IMG/VR virus record: IMGVR_UViG_3300021387_001565
Coordinates: 32,001-96,000 of that record
Reading direction: 5' to 3' (one strand)
DNA length: 64,000 bases
Origin: a virus
Lineage: Duplodnaviria; Caudoviricetes
Shown here: positions 27,955-38,196 of the stretch, in pieces
Layout of the letters: every line of letters starts with the position of its first letter
How positions within the stretch are numbered: the first letter of the stretch is position 1
The notes under the pieces: model-generated
Databases searched by the model: none
What the model saw: only the letters and a program-made list of their open reading frames with translations
What the model was told of the DNA's origin: nothing
Made by a program: the position numbers and the translations under genes

Positions 27955-27979
27955 TGATATGTTTCTCCTTTGTGATTTT

Positions 27980-28153
27980 TTAGATAGCCATCATCTTTGA
28001 TTTAAAGTCTGCGAAGTCAGTTGAGGTTGACAGCACAGATATCATATCAGCATATGATATGTACAGCGGCTTCCATTCCCAACTTGTTCCGTTATTTATA
28101 CATCCATAAATCATTCCTGTTGCTATTGCTATCGCTCTGATAACGCAATCACC
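27980..28153 (-). pseudogene. Start-less chimeric gene remnant
   Basis: Open frame GDCVIRAIAIATG...WEWKP...STSTDFADFKSKMMAI* preceded by an in-frame TGA, with no RBS or start for the GDCVIRA segment. Confidence 0.5.
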
Positions 28154-28234
28154 GAATCAACAGGGAGTTTATGTTTCGCTTTCAGTAAAAGGCTCATTTA
28201 CACGAATATCAAGCAAGGATTTCTTGTCGGTCGG

Positions 28235-29602
28235 TTAAATTTCTTTCATTTTCGCGGTTATCTGGTCTACATAGCCGAGCGCATATCCGTCATTGTTCGG
28301 ATGCAAACTGCCGCCATTGCCAAAGTCTGTACCGAAAAACCGCTGACCAATAGCCACTGTGTATGCACAAAGCGGATATTTTCTTATATCAATATAAGGA
28401 ATGTTCCATTTCTCCAATGCAGTAATCATAGTAGAGAAAAAAGTTTCTTGAATGGCATACGGAACACAGTTTGCGTTTGTGCATTTGTGGCAAAGCACAA
28501 AGAGCTTTTTTGCGGTCGGGTAGTTCTCCACAAGGTCTTTACAGATAGTTTCAAGCGCGCCCATTGCCGTGGTTGTGTCAAGCGTACTGCTAAAATCGGC
28601 AGTCAGCGAACCCAATGTCACGCCGTTTAAAGCATCGTTAATGCCACCTTCCACAAGGATATAGTCATATCCCTTTGTAAGTCCTGCAACTTGGTCTTTA
28701 ATGCTGATAACAGGACTCGAATCTGCCATTCTTGCCGTTCCCCAAGCAAATTTGTCAAATGTCATATTCTCATTCTCTGCAATGGTATAACAGAAAGAAT
28801 CTCCACTATGTCCATAAGCAATACTATCACCACAAAGTGCCATCCTTTTCCCAAACAATATGCTTAAGGGATTTCTACTTTTAACATGTGCGGTAAAATC
28901 TGCACCGTTCATTGTCATAAGTATGCCTGTCTTATCTGCGATTGTACCCGTTACAGTAGTCCTCATTGCTGTTGGTCTAGGAGTGATACTTGTATCACTG
29001 TTCGCATTGTTGCGAAGTGCGAAATAAGGGCGAAGAACAAGGTTTGTGCAAACCGCACCACTCTGTACTTGAATATCGGGAGCGGTTGCGGTAACGCTAA
29101 TCATTTGCAAAGAGGCATAACTGCCTTGTGTTAGTGATAACTGCTTTTCCGTGTCACCACTCTTATAAGTGCCTTGTGTTCTTAACTTAACATTAGCGGT
29201 TGTAATGTCACCACTCACAATTTCAATGGTTCCAATTATCGAACTCCCCGCCCAATTCGTCGGGATTTTAAGGTCGACTGAAATATAGAACGTGGTACTC
29301 GCCGTTCCATTAAGATAAACAAGACCATCTTTCACTTTGTAGGTGATTCCGTTTTTCGTTGTTTCGGTAATGTCAGAGAAGTATGCAACATTCTCATTAT
29401 CAAAGAGATATACAGGCTCCGTTGAGTTGACGTTGGATACCACTATATCAGGATTAACCTTTAAATAGCGTGTGGTAACATCGCGTTCATACTGAAAAAT
29501 TTCGGACATTACCTTCTGACTTGAATGCAATTTGGTGCTTGAGTGGGAACTGTCATCTATTACAGAGGATGCCGCAGGAAAAATAAAATCACTCATAATC
29601 AT
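28235..29602 (-). CDS. Tail fibre/receptor-binding protein with SGNH (GDSL) esterase
   Basis: CGDSI, GGIND, LHPN blocks; N-terminal IDD..SS.K linker. Confidence 0.8.
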   Translation of the reverse strand: MIMSDFIFPAASSVIDDSSHSSTKLHSSQKVMSEIFQYERDVTTRYLKVNPDIVVSNVNSTEPVYLFDNENVAYFSDITETTKNGITYKVKDGLVYLNGTASTTFYISVDLKIPTNWAGSSIIGTIEIVSGDITTANVKLRTQGTYKSGDTEKQLSLTQGSYASLQMISVTATAPDIQVQSGAVCTNLVLRPYFALRNNANSDTSITPRPTAMRTTVTGTIADKTGILMTMNGADFTAHVKSRNPLSILFGKRMALCGDSIAYGHSGDSFCYTIAENENMTFDKFAWGTARMADSSPVISIKDQVAGLTKGYDYILVEGGINDALNGVTLGSLTADFSSTLDTTTAMGALETICKDLVENYPTAKKLFVLCHKCTNANCVPYAIQETFFSTMITALEKWNIPYIDIRKYPLCAYTVAIGQRFFGTDFGNGGSLHPNNDGYALGYVDQITAKMKEI

Positions 29603-29615
29603 TACTCTCCCTTCA

Positions 29616-32579
29616 TCATAAAGTTCTCAAAAATTCTTCAATGAATGTCGCTTCAAACGCGTGGCACTCGGCGTTCGGATGCCCATTCGTTGATGATACA
29701 CGCCAATTTGAAGTTCTCTGATTCCTAATCGAACTATCAATATTCGCATTGGTGGAACGTATCATACAAGGAGTCCTTGAGTCTCCGTTCATGTCGATAT
29801 ACGGAATACCATACTTTTGTGCTATGGCTATAGTAGCAATCCTGTAATCATCCGAATCACAGCCATTTGATACGATAATACCAATATGAAGCTGAGGTCT
29901 GTTAGTTATTAACCATGAAAGAATAGTATTCCATGCACCATAGAACGATGATGTTACGCTATCAGAAATCGTACCAATAGGAATCGACTGATGAGAGTCG
30001 TTGATACCGAAATAAATGGTCAAATAATCTGCATCTGCCGCGATAGTCTGATAGTAATTTATAAACGAGTTAGTAGATGATGTTCCACCTTCGGCTAATG
30101 CAAGTGTTCTCCCACCCTTTGACAAATCTTGAATTACGACGTTACATCTATTACCTATCAAATAAGGATAGACTGCAAGTTGTCCTACATATTTGCCACT
30201 GGGAATGGTAGGTTCTGTAACACCTGTAAAATCTCCTGCTGTGAAGCTGTCACCTGCGACTGCCCACTTCTTACCCGAAAGAATATCGGTAGTTATACCC
30301 AACCGTGTCTTTGCCATCTCTACGTTGTTATCGGATAAGTAAAGGTCTTCAATAACAACCTTTTCTTCGCCAAAGCCTTCATAACGTCCAGCAACAAGGG
30401 TTTCAAAGTTAGTGGCATTTGTTTCCCCAAACACAAGGCGAATATATGCGTATGTATTGTTCGTTGCTGTTACATACGGATATCCGTCGTCGTCAAGAGT
30501 ATATGTTCCAGAGCCGCCGCGATAATATCCCGCAGCGTTGTAATAATATGCTCTGAAATATGAGGGCATATTATCTATACGGAACTTAATTTTTTCTCCA
30601 GGTGTATAACTCCAACAATTTGTTGCATAGTATCCGTTTTTCGTGGTTCCATCATCCCATGTGGATACGTCTACAGTCGCATCGGGCTTAAAATTGTATC
30701 TGCTTGCTGTAAAATCCACAAGGTTTTCGCCGCCGCCGCTAATCGTAGCAATGTTGGCATCCAACTTCTCGTCAACTAATTCGGCAGTTTTTTCACTCGA
30801 ATATACCTTATTGTTTGCGGCTTCTACATCATCAATCTCACCGACATTCTTAGCGCTCGTACCGTTTATATAAAATATATCAGACGCTGACGTTATTCTT
30901 GCCGTCAGACTCGATTTTGTCTGAACAACCTTAAGAACGTCATCAGCAGTAACCAACGTGCCGAAATCATTAACAACAAATTGATTGTCAATTATACGCC
31001 CACTTCCGTTTGCAAAAGTAAGCAAAATATTAGGAGTGAAATAATTACTTGATGAGTCAAACGGATTAAGTTCTCCTATTGCACTACACTCAATATAGTT
31101 GTTTATGAATGTTGCATTTTGGTCAACGCGAATCAAACCATACCCACTCGTATCGGCTAAAGTACGTACATCGGGGCTGGTTGATTGTGTATGGTCGTAA
31201 GACTTTAAAGTGTTACATCTACCTGTTAAAGCAAGGAGTGTCGCTCTCGTTACCTCTGTGGCTGTTCCATCCATACCAACCAAAACCAAAGCATCGGTAC
31301 AGTAATCGCCGTCCACATCTACAAGTGCGATACGATTACCCTTCGTCAATTTAACCGCATTAACGCATGAGTCAACTCGCACACTGTGGGCTGTGGTGAT
31401 TGAACCCCCAATGACAAGCAATGTATGCACTGATACACCGTAACAACCAATTATTTTGGTGTCATTCTTTACAGACACACCGAAATGACACTTACGAGCG
31501 TAAACATTCTCGATATAAATATTCGCGGAGTCAGTAGAAACACCTGTATAAAAAGCGTACACAACAACATTCTTAATCCAACCCTGTGCGGTCTTTTTAA
31601 TGGCGGTGCATTTTACCTGTGCGTTGTTCACAACTGCAATAGTCTCACTGACAACCTCGTTAGGAGCAGTTATTGTTTTGGTACGGTCTATATCAAAATT
31701 ATAAGTATGCTCGTTGCCATAAATTGTGAGGTCTTCTATACTACCTGTAGAAAGACTGATTGCAACCTGTTCGTTAGTGAGGAATGGAAAGTACAGTGCC
31801 GTTCCTGCGGTGGACTGACCATACCCCTTATACTGTGCATCAGATGTTCCATTTGGCGAACCTGTACCTCTAATAGAATAGTTAGACGCACTAGGTGAAA
31901 GACTAATAGTGTCTTTAAAGAAGAATTTGCCCGCAGGGAATTGTAAATATGCCCCGTGGTCAACATCGGTAATACGAGAAATAATATCACTGTTAATCTC
32001 TGCATAGGTATTCGCAACAGTAATAGTGTCAAGATTGATGGTATTAACACCAAATTCTCGAACACCATAACGACACACATCAAGCATATCTAACGCAGTA
32101 CCATGTTCATCTGCTACAGCAACAAGGTAACGGATGGGTGACTCCGTATTTAACTTCAATCCACCACGTGCCCGACTCGATGACTCGGTTACATAGTAGT
32201 ATCCACCGTGTCCATCTCGGTCTGTATAAAAACCTGTGGTTTTGAAAAGTGTGTCCACAGGCATAGTAAGCAAGTCTGCGAGAGCAGGCATGGTACTGTA
32301 TAATTCAACACTACCATACATCTCTTCAATTTTCTCACTAGAGTAGGTTGTTGACGATGAAGGGGCACTATCGTCAATTATCGATGGCTCATCATCAGTA
32401 AAAAAGACATACTCATACTTCTCTTGCTCTGATGCAGGAAGAGCTTCCCACTCGGCATGTGTTCCATTCCATATAAGATAATTAAATTCACTTTCAATTT
32501 TTTGACTCGAATATCCTGTGGCATTGGATACGTTATTGTCATCAATATGATTGTTTGGAAAATTTTGAATTAAAGCCAT
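29616..32579 (-). CDS. Tailspike with beta-helix (pectate-lyase-like) and SGNH esterase domains
   Basis: TTGFY..RDGHGGYY, DVCRYGV, LQFPAGKF beta-helix start; AGDSF, FGIND, GHPN; three IDD...YSS.K linkers. Confidence 0.8.
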   Translation of the reverse strand: MALIQNFPNNHIDDNNVSNATGYSSQKIESEFNYLIWNGTHAEWEALPASEQEKYEYVFFTDDEPSIIDDSAPSSSTTYSSEKIEEMYGSVELYSTMPALADLLTMPVDTLFKTTGFYTDRDGHGGYYYVTESSSRARGGLKLNTESPIRYLVAVADEHGTALDMLDVCRYGVREFGVNTINLDTITVANTYAEINSDIISRITDVDHGAYLQFPAGKFFFKDTISLSPSASNYSIRGTGSPNGTSDAQYKGYGQSTAGTALYFPFLTNEQVAISLSTGSIEDLTIYGNEHTYNFDIDRTKTITAPNEVVSETIAVVNNAQVKCTAIKKTAQGWIKNVVVYAFYTGVSTDSANIYIENVYARKCHFGVSVKNDTKIIGCYGVSVHTLLVIGGSITTAHSVRVDSCVNAVKLTKGNRIALVDVDGDYCTDALVLVGMDGTATEVTRATLLALTGRCNTLKSYDHTQSTSPDVRTLADTSGYGLIRVDQNATFINNYIECSAIGELNPFDSSSNYFTPNILLTFANGSGRIIDNQFVVNDFGTLVTADDVLKVVQTKSSLTARITSASDIFYINGTSAKNVGEIDDVEAANNKVYSSEKTAELVDEKLDANIATISGGGENLVDFTASRYNFKPDATVDVSTWDDGTTKNGYYATNCWSYTPGEKIKFRIDNMPSYFRAYYYNAAGYYRGGSGTYTLDDDGYPYVTATNNTYAYIRLVFGETNATNFETLVAGRYEGFGEEKVVIEDLYLSDNNVEMAKTRLGITTDILSGKKWAVAGDSFTAGDFTGVTEPTIPSGKYVGQLAVYPYLIGNRCNVVIQDLSKGGRTLALAEGGTSSTNSFINYYQTIAADADYLTIYFGINDSHQSIPIGTISDSVTSSFYGAWNTILSWLITNRPQLHIGIIVSNGCDSDDYRIATIAIAQKYGIPYIDMNGDSRTPCMIRSTNANIDSSIRNQRTSNWRVSSTNGHPNAECHAFEATFIEEFLRTL

Positions 32580-32659
32580 TTCCGTTTCTCCTTTTATAAT
32601 AAAAATGAGGTGTCCTACAACATTACGGGGTCTTTAATTTATAATACAATCAAAAATAA

Positions 32660-34120
32660 GTGAACTACCACGCACCTAAAGGTACGTGGCTTCTAAGAGC
32701 CTTGCGACTCTATTTAAGAAGTCTGACCGCTTAAGCAATCCTTATTCTTACGGGCGTGTCCACTTCGCCCCTACTGTATAGAGTCCGAAGACTCACAACG
32801 CTACTTTTACGAAGAATGTTTAATGCCCCGTTTATATCGGCATTAAGCGTTTTACCGCCTTTAGTTTTGTACTCACCCCTGTGTATCCGCTTACCGCTAA
32901 ACTTGTATTCTTTTGGGTTGTCATCATTATATGCGGGAATAGTATCTTTATCCCAAAAAGATGCCTTAGAAGTATAAGATTCTTCCTGCTTTACAAATGT
33001 GATACCGTTAAGTTCGCAAAGATAGGCTAACTTATCACGCAACTGGCCATAAGGGATATTTACAAAGGTCTGGTTATTACGTTTACCCATATTGGTATCA
33101 CGCTGGAATGTTTCGTTATACCCAACGACAAGCGTACCTATATCATTAGTGATACAGTAATCTACGACCTTACGAGCAACTTTGTTCATATAATCATTTA
33201 CTTTGTTGTTGCGGTTACTTGCGATAGCCTTCTGGCGGGCAGTAGTCTTCTTTCCAAAATGTTGTTTATCCTTGATGGATTGTAAACGAGCATTTTCCTT
33301 ATTGAGCCACTGGTTGATGGATTTAAGCCTTCTTCCGTCAATAATGAACGAATTGCCTTTGCTTGATACTGCGGTTACAAGGTTGTTTATCCCGAGGTCA
33401 AGAGCAAGTGCGTTTGATTTGTTAAGATTTCTCTGGATGCATTCAGCTTCATAGATATACTGTATCTCAAAGAACCTTGCTTTTGTTTTAGGAATGATAC
33501 GGATTTCCTTAACCTTTTTATCAAACAGGATAGGTGGTATCGTTATCTCTACGGTTTTATGTGTTTTTCTGAAACTGTTAGAAAACGGAAGTATCAGTTT
33601 ATTGCCGTTAAGCCGTACAAAACCGATTACAAGTGTTGTATATCCGTCTTTCGGAAGATAATGCGGCAGCTTACAATCTTTGAAAGCATACTTGCCCTGC
33701 TTTGCAAGTTTAAGCAGACCAAAGAATGATTTGAAACTGCCATCAACCTCTTTGAGTATCTGCTGTGCCATATTGGAATTTAAGGCTTTGTAGTTAGGAC
33801 TGTTTTTCAAAAGTGCATAGTTTTTCTCATAGTTGAGGTATTCACCTTCTGCAAAGTAATACTGCCTTACGTTATAGATAGCCTCGTTTGCAAGGCTTTT
33901 AGCCACGTGGCAAAGTTCCTTTACAGTTTTGTAATCTTCCTTTGACAGATGCTTAACCTGTTGTTTTACAGATAAGTACATACAGTTTTACTCCTTTCTA
34001 AAGACTCGGATTTCTCCTGTATGTATATTATAGCATATATTTTACTATATTACAACGATAACAGTAAAAATATGGTCGCTTATATCCCACCACCCAATGG
34101 TAGTGGGTTTTACGCTCTTG
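32660..34120 (-). mobile_element. Non-autonomous IS200/IS605-family (IS1341-type) element carrying tnpB only
   Basis: Left end CAAGAG...CCCACTACC/GGTGGTGGG hairpin after TTAA; right end GAAGCCACGTACC-TTTA-GGTGCGTGGTAGTTCAC; no tnpA. Exact ends are uncertain by a few nt. Confidence 0.8.
32731..33981 (-). CDS. tnpB: RNA-guided endonuclease TnpB
   Basis: ALDLGINN (RuvC-I), QEESYTSK, NADINGALNI (RuvC-III); Zn finger absent. Own promoter TTGTAA-17-TATAAT at 34027-34055. Confidence 0.93.
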   Translation of the reverse strand: MYLSVKQQVKHLSKEDYKTVKELCHVAKSLANEAIYNVRQYYFAEGEYLNYEKNYALLKNSPNYKALNSNMAQQILKEVDGSFKSFFGLLKLAKQGKYAFKDCKLPHYLPKDGYTTLVIGFVRLNGNKLILPFSNSFRKTHKTVEITIPPILFDKKVKEIRIIPKTKARFFEIQYIYEAECIQRNLNKSNALALDLGINNLVTAVSSKGNSFIIDGRRLKSINQWLNKENARLQSIKDKQHFGKKTTARQKAIASNRNNKVNDYMNKVARKVVDYCITNDIGTLVVGYNETFQRDTNMGKRNNQTFVNIPYGQLRDKLAYLCELNGITFVKQEESYTSKASFWDKDTIPAYNDDNPKEYKFSGKRIHRGEYKTKGGKTLNADINGALNILRKSSVVSLRTLYSRGEVDTPVRIRIA

Positions 34121-34121
34121 T

Positions 34122-34166
34122 TAATAAAAAGAGCCTTATATAACTTATATAAGGCTCTTTTTATTA
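34122..34166. terminator. Bidirectional intrinsic terminator
   Basis: taataaaaagagccttatata / tatataaggctctttttatta inverted repeat with A/T tracts on both sides. Confidence 0.85.
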
Positions 34167-34175
34167 ACAGGGAGT

Positions 34176-37100
34176 TTATGCTAGTTCTATTCTGAAATTA
34201 GTAAGACTCAAGGTAGCAGGAGGGTCAATAGTTGCTCCACCATTTGTTGATGCCCTCAATATTAACTGAATCTTCGCAGACTGATTGAATAGTTGCGCCT
34301 TTCCATTATCAATAGTTTTAGTAAGTCCTCCGTTTGCCATCGTTGTTACTGCTGTTACAATATCAGGGTCTGTAGTCGCCCATGTATGAAGCTCTGCTCC
34401 TTCACCGTCGATGAAGTGAATTTCAACATACCCGGGCAGGTTTCCACCAGATAAATCGCATTCGCCAGCGTCGCATTTTAGAATAATTGCATCGCCAGCT
34501 ACAAAGGTGTGGGTTGCAGAATCCCATACTGATGTAATTTTAAGACCACCTCCACCTCTTGTAATGCTACATTCAACGTTGTTTCCGCTTGCTGTTACGG
34601 AAGAACTTGTGGTTGTTTTCGGTTCTATGCTTTCAGCATGTTCAACGTCAAGAATAATTGTAGGTGTGGGTGTCGGCTCTTCATGTGCGTAAGATATGGT
34701 TCTATCTTCACCGTTACCATATCTAATTGCATGAATTGTCTCATTTACTTGGTCAATAACAAATACATCATAAGCTGTCGCTGTAGCAACTCCTGCCGTT
34801 CTCGTTGACCCATCATTAAGCTCATACCAACCTGCACAAGTGGTGGCAATAAATGTGATTCCGTCAAGGTTCTCCACGTATAAATTGTTATGGATGTGAC
34901 CACAAAAGCAAGCTATAATCTTGTCTTTGTGTGTCTGTAATGTTGCATGGCAAGCAACAGGGTTATTCCACCCCTTGCGGTCTGCATCTTGAGGCAAATT
35001 CTCATCAAGTGGATGATGAGAGAAAATGAGCACTTTATAGCCCGTGGGAATACTAGACAGCATAGTATTCAGTACAGTATTTACGTTATAGGTCGTATAA
35101 ATCCCAGCACGCGCGTAAGAATCAAGGAATATATATCGTACTTTCAGTACGGAGTCATCATAGTAACCACTGGTATAATCAACCGAGGTAATTACTTTAT
35201 TAGCAAGTGCCTTTGTCATATGCGACTTATACACCTGCCCACGAGTTATGTTCTGATTATCCTGTCCACCTTCATGATTGCCCACGAGGAAAGCAACAGG
35301 GCAATCTGCTCCGTCCATTTGATTGTACGTGTAAATAGCAGAATCCTGCATGTTCTGTATCAACCCACCACTATTGCCGTGGGTATCTCCACCAAGAACA
35401 ACGAAGTTGAAAGGAAGTCTCTTTGTTAAATCACGAAGAGTTCTTAAGCCATAACTGACTTCATTTGTTATGTTCCTTTGCTGTGTGGTAGACGGGTTTA
35501 CAATCAAGTGTTGGTCTGTGTTAAAGCCGATGATAATAGGATTGTCAAGTGTTCCAATGTACGTATTGACTGCACTTGCTACAGACTCCATTTCAACCAA
35601 AGCATAATCGGGGTAATCATTATCCAATCCCCCCCCTGCTGTTCCCGAACAGGTAGTTAAGGTCACAGGAAGGTCTATTGTAGGAACATTTTCACAGGCA
35701 AAGGTAACTGTACTTCCACTCTGTGCTATAGCAGTTATCTTACATCTTGCGTACTCTGTCAATTGAGCAGAAGTAGCAGTAATGTCAACACCAAGAATAC
35801 CATTTCTCGTTGCGTCATAACCGACAAAAGTAAGGGTCTGACTATTATTTGTCCATCCGTTTGCGGTCAGCATCTGAGTAAGGGATAAACCGCTCTCTGT
35901 GGGCAGAGCACCTGCATCATGAGATGTTCCATTAGTATAGGTAACAATTAGGTGCTTATTAGCGTCAATGGTAACAGTCTGAACTCCGACACCTGTAGCA
36001 CCTGTAGCACCTGTATCACCCTTGTCGCCCTTGTCACCTTGCAAACCTTGTTCGCCTTGGACACCTTGGATACCTTGAACACCCTGTATACCTTGTTCAC
36101 CCTGTGCACCTGTATCGCCTTTTTCACCCTTAAGAGAAGCAAGCCACTCTTCTACAGTACCACTAAATCCTGCATCAACAGCAACATCATATGCAGATTT
36201 ACCCTGTGCTCCTGTTGCTCCTGTATCACCCTTTTCACCTTGGATACCTTGAATACCTTGCTGTCCTTGGATACCCTGCTGACCCTGCTCACCTGTGTCG
36301 CCTTTCGGTCCACGTATATTAGTCGCTGTAGGGGGAGTAGTTGTTTCACTTCTAGTCCAAGAAATGTTTCCCTCGGAATCTACAGAAGGAAGCCATGCTA
36401 CGTCGGAAGATGTTCCGCCACCGCCACCACCTTCGATAAGTCCTGCATCCTCAGTAGTGCCATCGGTATAGGTAATGATTAAGTGATTATTTGAATTAAC
36501 ACTAACGTTCTGAACGCCACGACCTGTTGCACCTGTCGCTCCCGTTTCACCCGTATCGCCTTTTTCACCACGTTCACCTTGGATACCCTGCTGTCCTTGA
36601 ACGCCCTGTGCTCCTGTGTCGCCTTTATCACCTTTGAGGGATGCAAGCCACTCCGACTCAGTTCCCGAAAAGCCTTGTTCAACAGCGATATCGTATGCGG
36701 ACTTGCCATCTGCACCTGTATCACCCTTTTCGCCTTTCTCGCCTTGAACACCTTGCGCTCCTTGGATACCTTGAGCACCTTGGATACCTTGTGCTCCTGC
36801 ATCACCTTTCTCGCCCTTCTCGCCTTGGATACCCTGCGGTCCACGTGCTCCGTCAGCACCCGCGTCACCTTTCTCACCCTTTAAGGAAGCAAGCCACTGT
36901 GTTTCTGTACCAACATATCCATGATTACGAGCAATCTGATAAGCGGACGCACCATCAGCACCTCGTTCGCCCGTGTCGCCTTTCTCACCACGTTCGCCCT
37001 GTTCTCCGCGTGCTCCTGTCTCGCCCTTCTCTCCACGGATACCCTGCTCACCTTGGAGACCGCGCTCTCCCTGTTCACCTTGGACACCTTGGATGCCCTG

Positions 37101-37451
37101 CTCGCCTTGAATACCCTGCTCACCCTGCGGTCCACGGATATTCTGCACCTCGGGCGGAAATGTGGTCTCACTTCTTATCCAAGAAATAGTTCCATCCTCA
37201 GAAACACGGGGCAACCAAGCTACGATTGATGACTGAGGCGGTGTACTGCTCTCGGCATCTACCAACTGCCAATATGCTTCGTCTGTGGGCAAAATACCCC
37301 TGCAACTTCTCTTACAAATATATTGTTTTCCGCCATACTCAACTAAGTCTAATTGCATGTAAGCGGTGTCGAAATAAAACTGTCCTCTCGGATTGGGCTG
37401 TGCGTTTCTCGCGTCGGGGTCAACCCAATTGAAAATGGATAAATCAATCAT
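34176..37451 (-). CDS. Collagen-like tail fibre with metallophosphoesterase domain
   Basis: Long G-X-Y runs and repeated SAY..A...G..GT...WLASLKG modules, then DQH, GGD, GNHE, HHP, GHIH motifs. Confidence 0.85.
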   Translation of the reverse strand: MIDLSIFNWVDPDARNAQPNPRGQFYFDTAYMQLDLVEYGGKQYICKRSCRGILPTDEAYWQLVDAESSTPPQSSIVAWLPRVSEDGTISWIRSETTFPPEVQNIRGPQGEQGIQGEQGIQGVQGEQGERGLQGEQGIRGEKGETGARGEQGERGEKGDTGERGADGASAYQIARNHGYVGTETQWLASLKGEKGDAGADGARGPQGIQGEKGEKGDAGAQGIQGAQGIQGAQGVQGEKGEKGDTGADGKSAYDIAVEQGFSGTESEWLASLKGDKGDTGAQGVQGQQGIQGERGEKGDTGETGATGATGRGVQNVSVNSNNHLIITYTDGTTEDAGLIEGGGGGGTSSDVAWLPSVDSEGNISWTRSETTTPPTATNIRGPKGDTGEQGQQGIQGQQGIQGIQGEKGDTGATGAQGKSAYDVAVDAGFSGTVEEWLASLKGEKGDTGAQGEQGIQGVQGIQGVQGEQGLQGDKGDKGDTGATGATGVGVQTVTIDANKHLIVTYTNGTSHDAGALPTESGLSLTQMLTANGWTNNSQTLTFVGYDATRNGILGVDITATSAQLTEYARCKITAIAQSGSTVTFACENVPTIDLPVTLTTCSGTAGGGLDNDYPDYALVEMESVASAVNTYIGTLDNPIIIGFNTDQHLIVNPSTTQQRNITNEVSYGLRTLRDLTKRLPFNFVVLGGDTHGNSGGLIQNMQDSAIYTYNQMDGADCPVAFLVGNHEGGQDNQNITRGQVYKSHMTKALANKVITSVDYTSGYYDDSVLKVRYIFLDSYARAGIYTTYNVNTVLNTMLSSIPTGYKVLIFSHHPLDENLPQDADRKGWNNPVACHATLQTHKDKIIACFCGHIHNNLYVENLDGITFIATTCAGWYELNDGSTRTAGVATATAYDVFVIDQVNETIHAIRYGNGEDRTISYAHEEPTPTPTIILDVEHAESIEPKTTTSSSVTASGNNVECSITRGGGGLKITSVWDSATHTFVAGDAIILKCDAGECDLSGGNLPGYVEIHFIDGEGAELHTWATTDPDIVTAVTTMANGGLTKTIDNGKAQLFNQSAKIQLILRASTNGGATIDPPATLSLTNFRIELA
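35990..37140 (-). repeat. Collagen G-X-Y and module repeats
   Basis: 9-nt periodic GGT/CAA-type repeats; three WLASLKG modules. The paired WLP.V...G.ISW and HLI.TYT.GT..DAG modules extend slightly beyond these bounds. Confidence 0.85.
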
Positions 37452-37522
37452 GTCAGTTACCTCGTGTAAAAATAGATTGTGTGCTGTATCTCTCGTCTTG
37501 TTAATCCTTATTCTTTATACAA

Positions 37523-38191
37523 TCAATGAGCGGTATCTATCGACCGATAATCAACATACTGAATTACAAAGCCGAACGGAAGCACATAGTGCAACAGGTC
37601 GTCAAGGAGAAGTATATCAACAGACGCATCACTCAACCCAATACGAAGAATGTTAACAGTTTTTATGCCTGCAAGTTCGGTAGATGTGTCACTCTCGGTC
37701 TCTTCGTCGGAGTCGCCCTGCGGTACTTCTACAGAGGTAGCCTCATTAAGATGTAAGATAGCAGACAAATTATCTAATACCCTCAAACAAGCATCTTCAC
37801 TGAGACTGCTTAAATAAACAGGTTCAATCTGAACAACACGAAAAACCACAGGAATTTTCAACTGATATATCTTGGAGTAAGCGTTAAGAGCATACTCAAT
37901 CCCCTGTCTGCACCCCTTATACCTGCGGAGCAAAGGGATAACCGATAAGATTATTCTTAACTTATCCGTAGAATATGTTTGAGACGGAACAAAACCAAGT
38001 TTAGTCTGTAGCAAGTCAAGCATATTCTCGCGGATATCATCGGTACTATTCAACTGTGGGATTGAGTCTGCGTCGTATTTAACAGCGTTAACAATGACAT
38101 CAAGTGCCCTACAAAACAACTGAAAATCACGGGACTCCGAGCAATATACCCCCGGGAGTAAGTTCTGAGTTTTGATAAATTCTGTTTGCAT
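37523..38191 (-). CDS. Baseplate wedge protein (P2 gpI-like)
   Basis: LPGVY..ESRDFQ, LDLLQTKLGF, RYKG..QGIE, YVLPFG; follows the J/gp6-like genes. Confidence 0.65.
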   Translation of the reverse strand: MQTEFIKTQNLLPGVYCSESRDFQLFCRALDVIVNAVKYDADSIPQLNSTDDIRENMLDLLQTKLGFVPSQTYSTDKLRIILSVIPLLRRYKGCRQGIEYALNAYSKIYQLKIPVVFRVVQIEPVYLSSLSEDACLRVLDNLSAILHLNEATSVEVPQGDSDEETESDTSTELAGIKTVNILRIGLSDASVDILLLDDLLHYVLPFGFVIQYVDYRSIDTAH

Positions 38192-38196
38192 TTTTA

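Noticed and set aside
35952-37229. Repeat array (CRISPR-like) or overlapping repetitive ORFs
   Set aside because: The periodicity is explained by collagen G-X-Y coding; there is no repeat-spacer structure. No CRISPR array or cas gene was seen in the window.
25912-37451. Diversity-generating retroelement targeting the fibres
   Set aside because: No reverse transcriptase and no adenine-variant TR/VR pair noticed.
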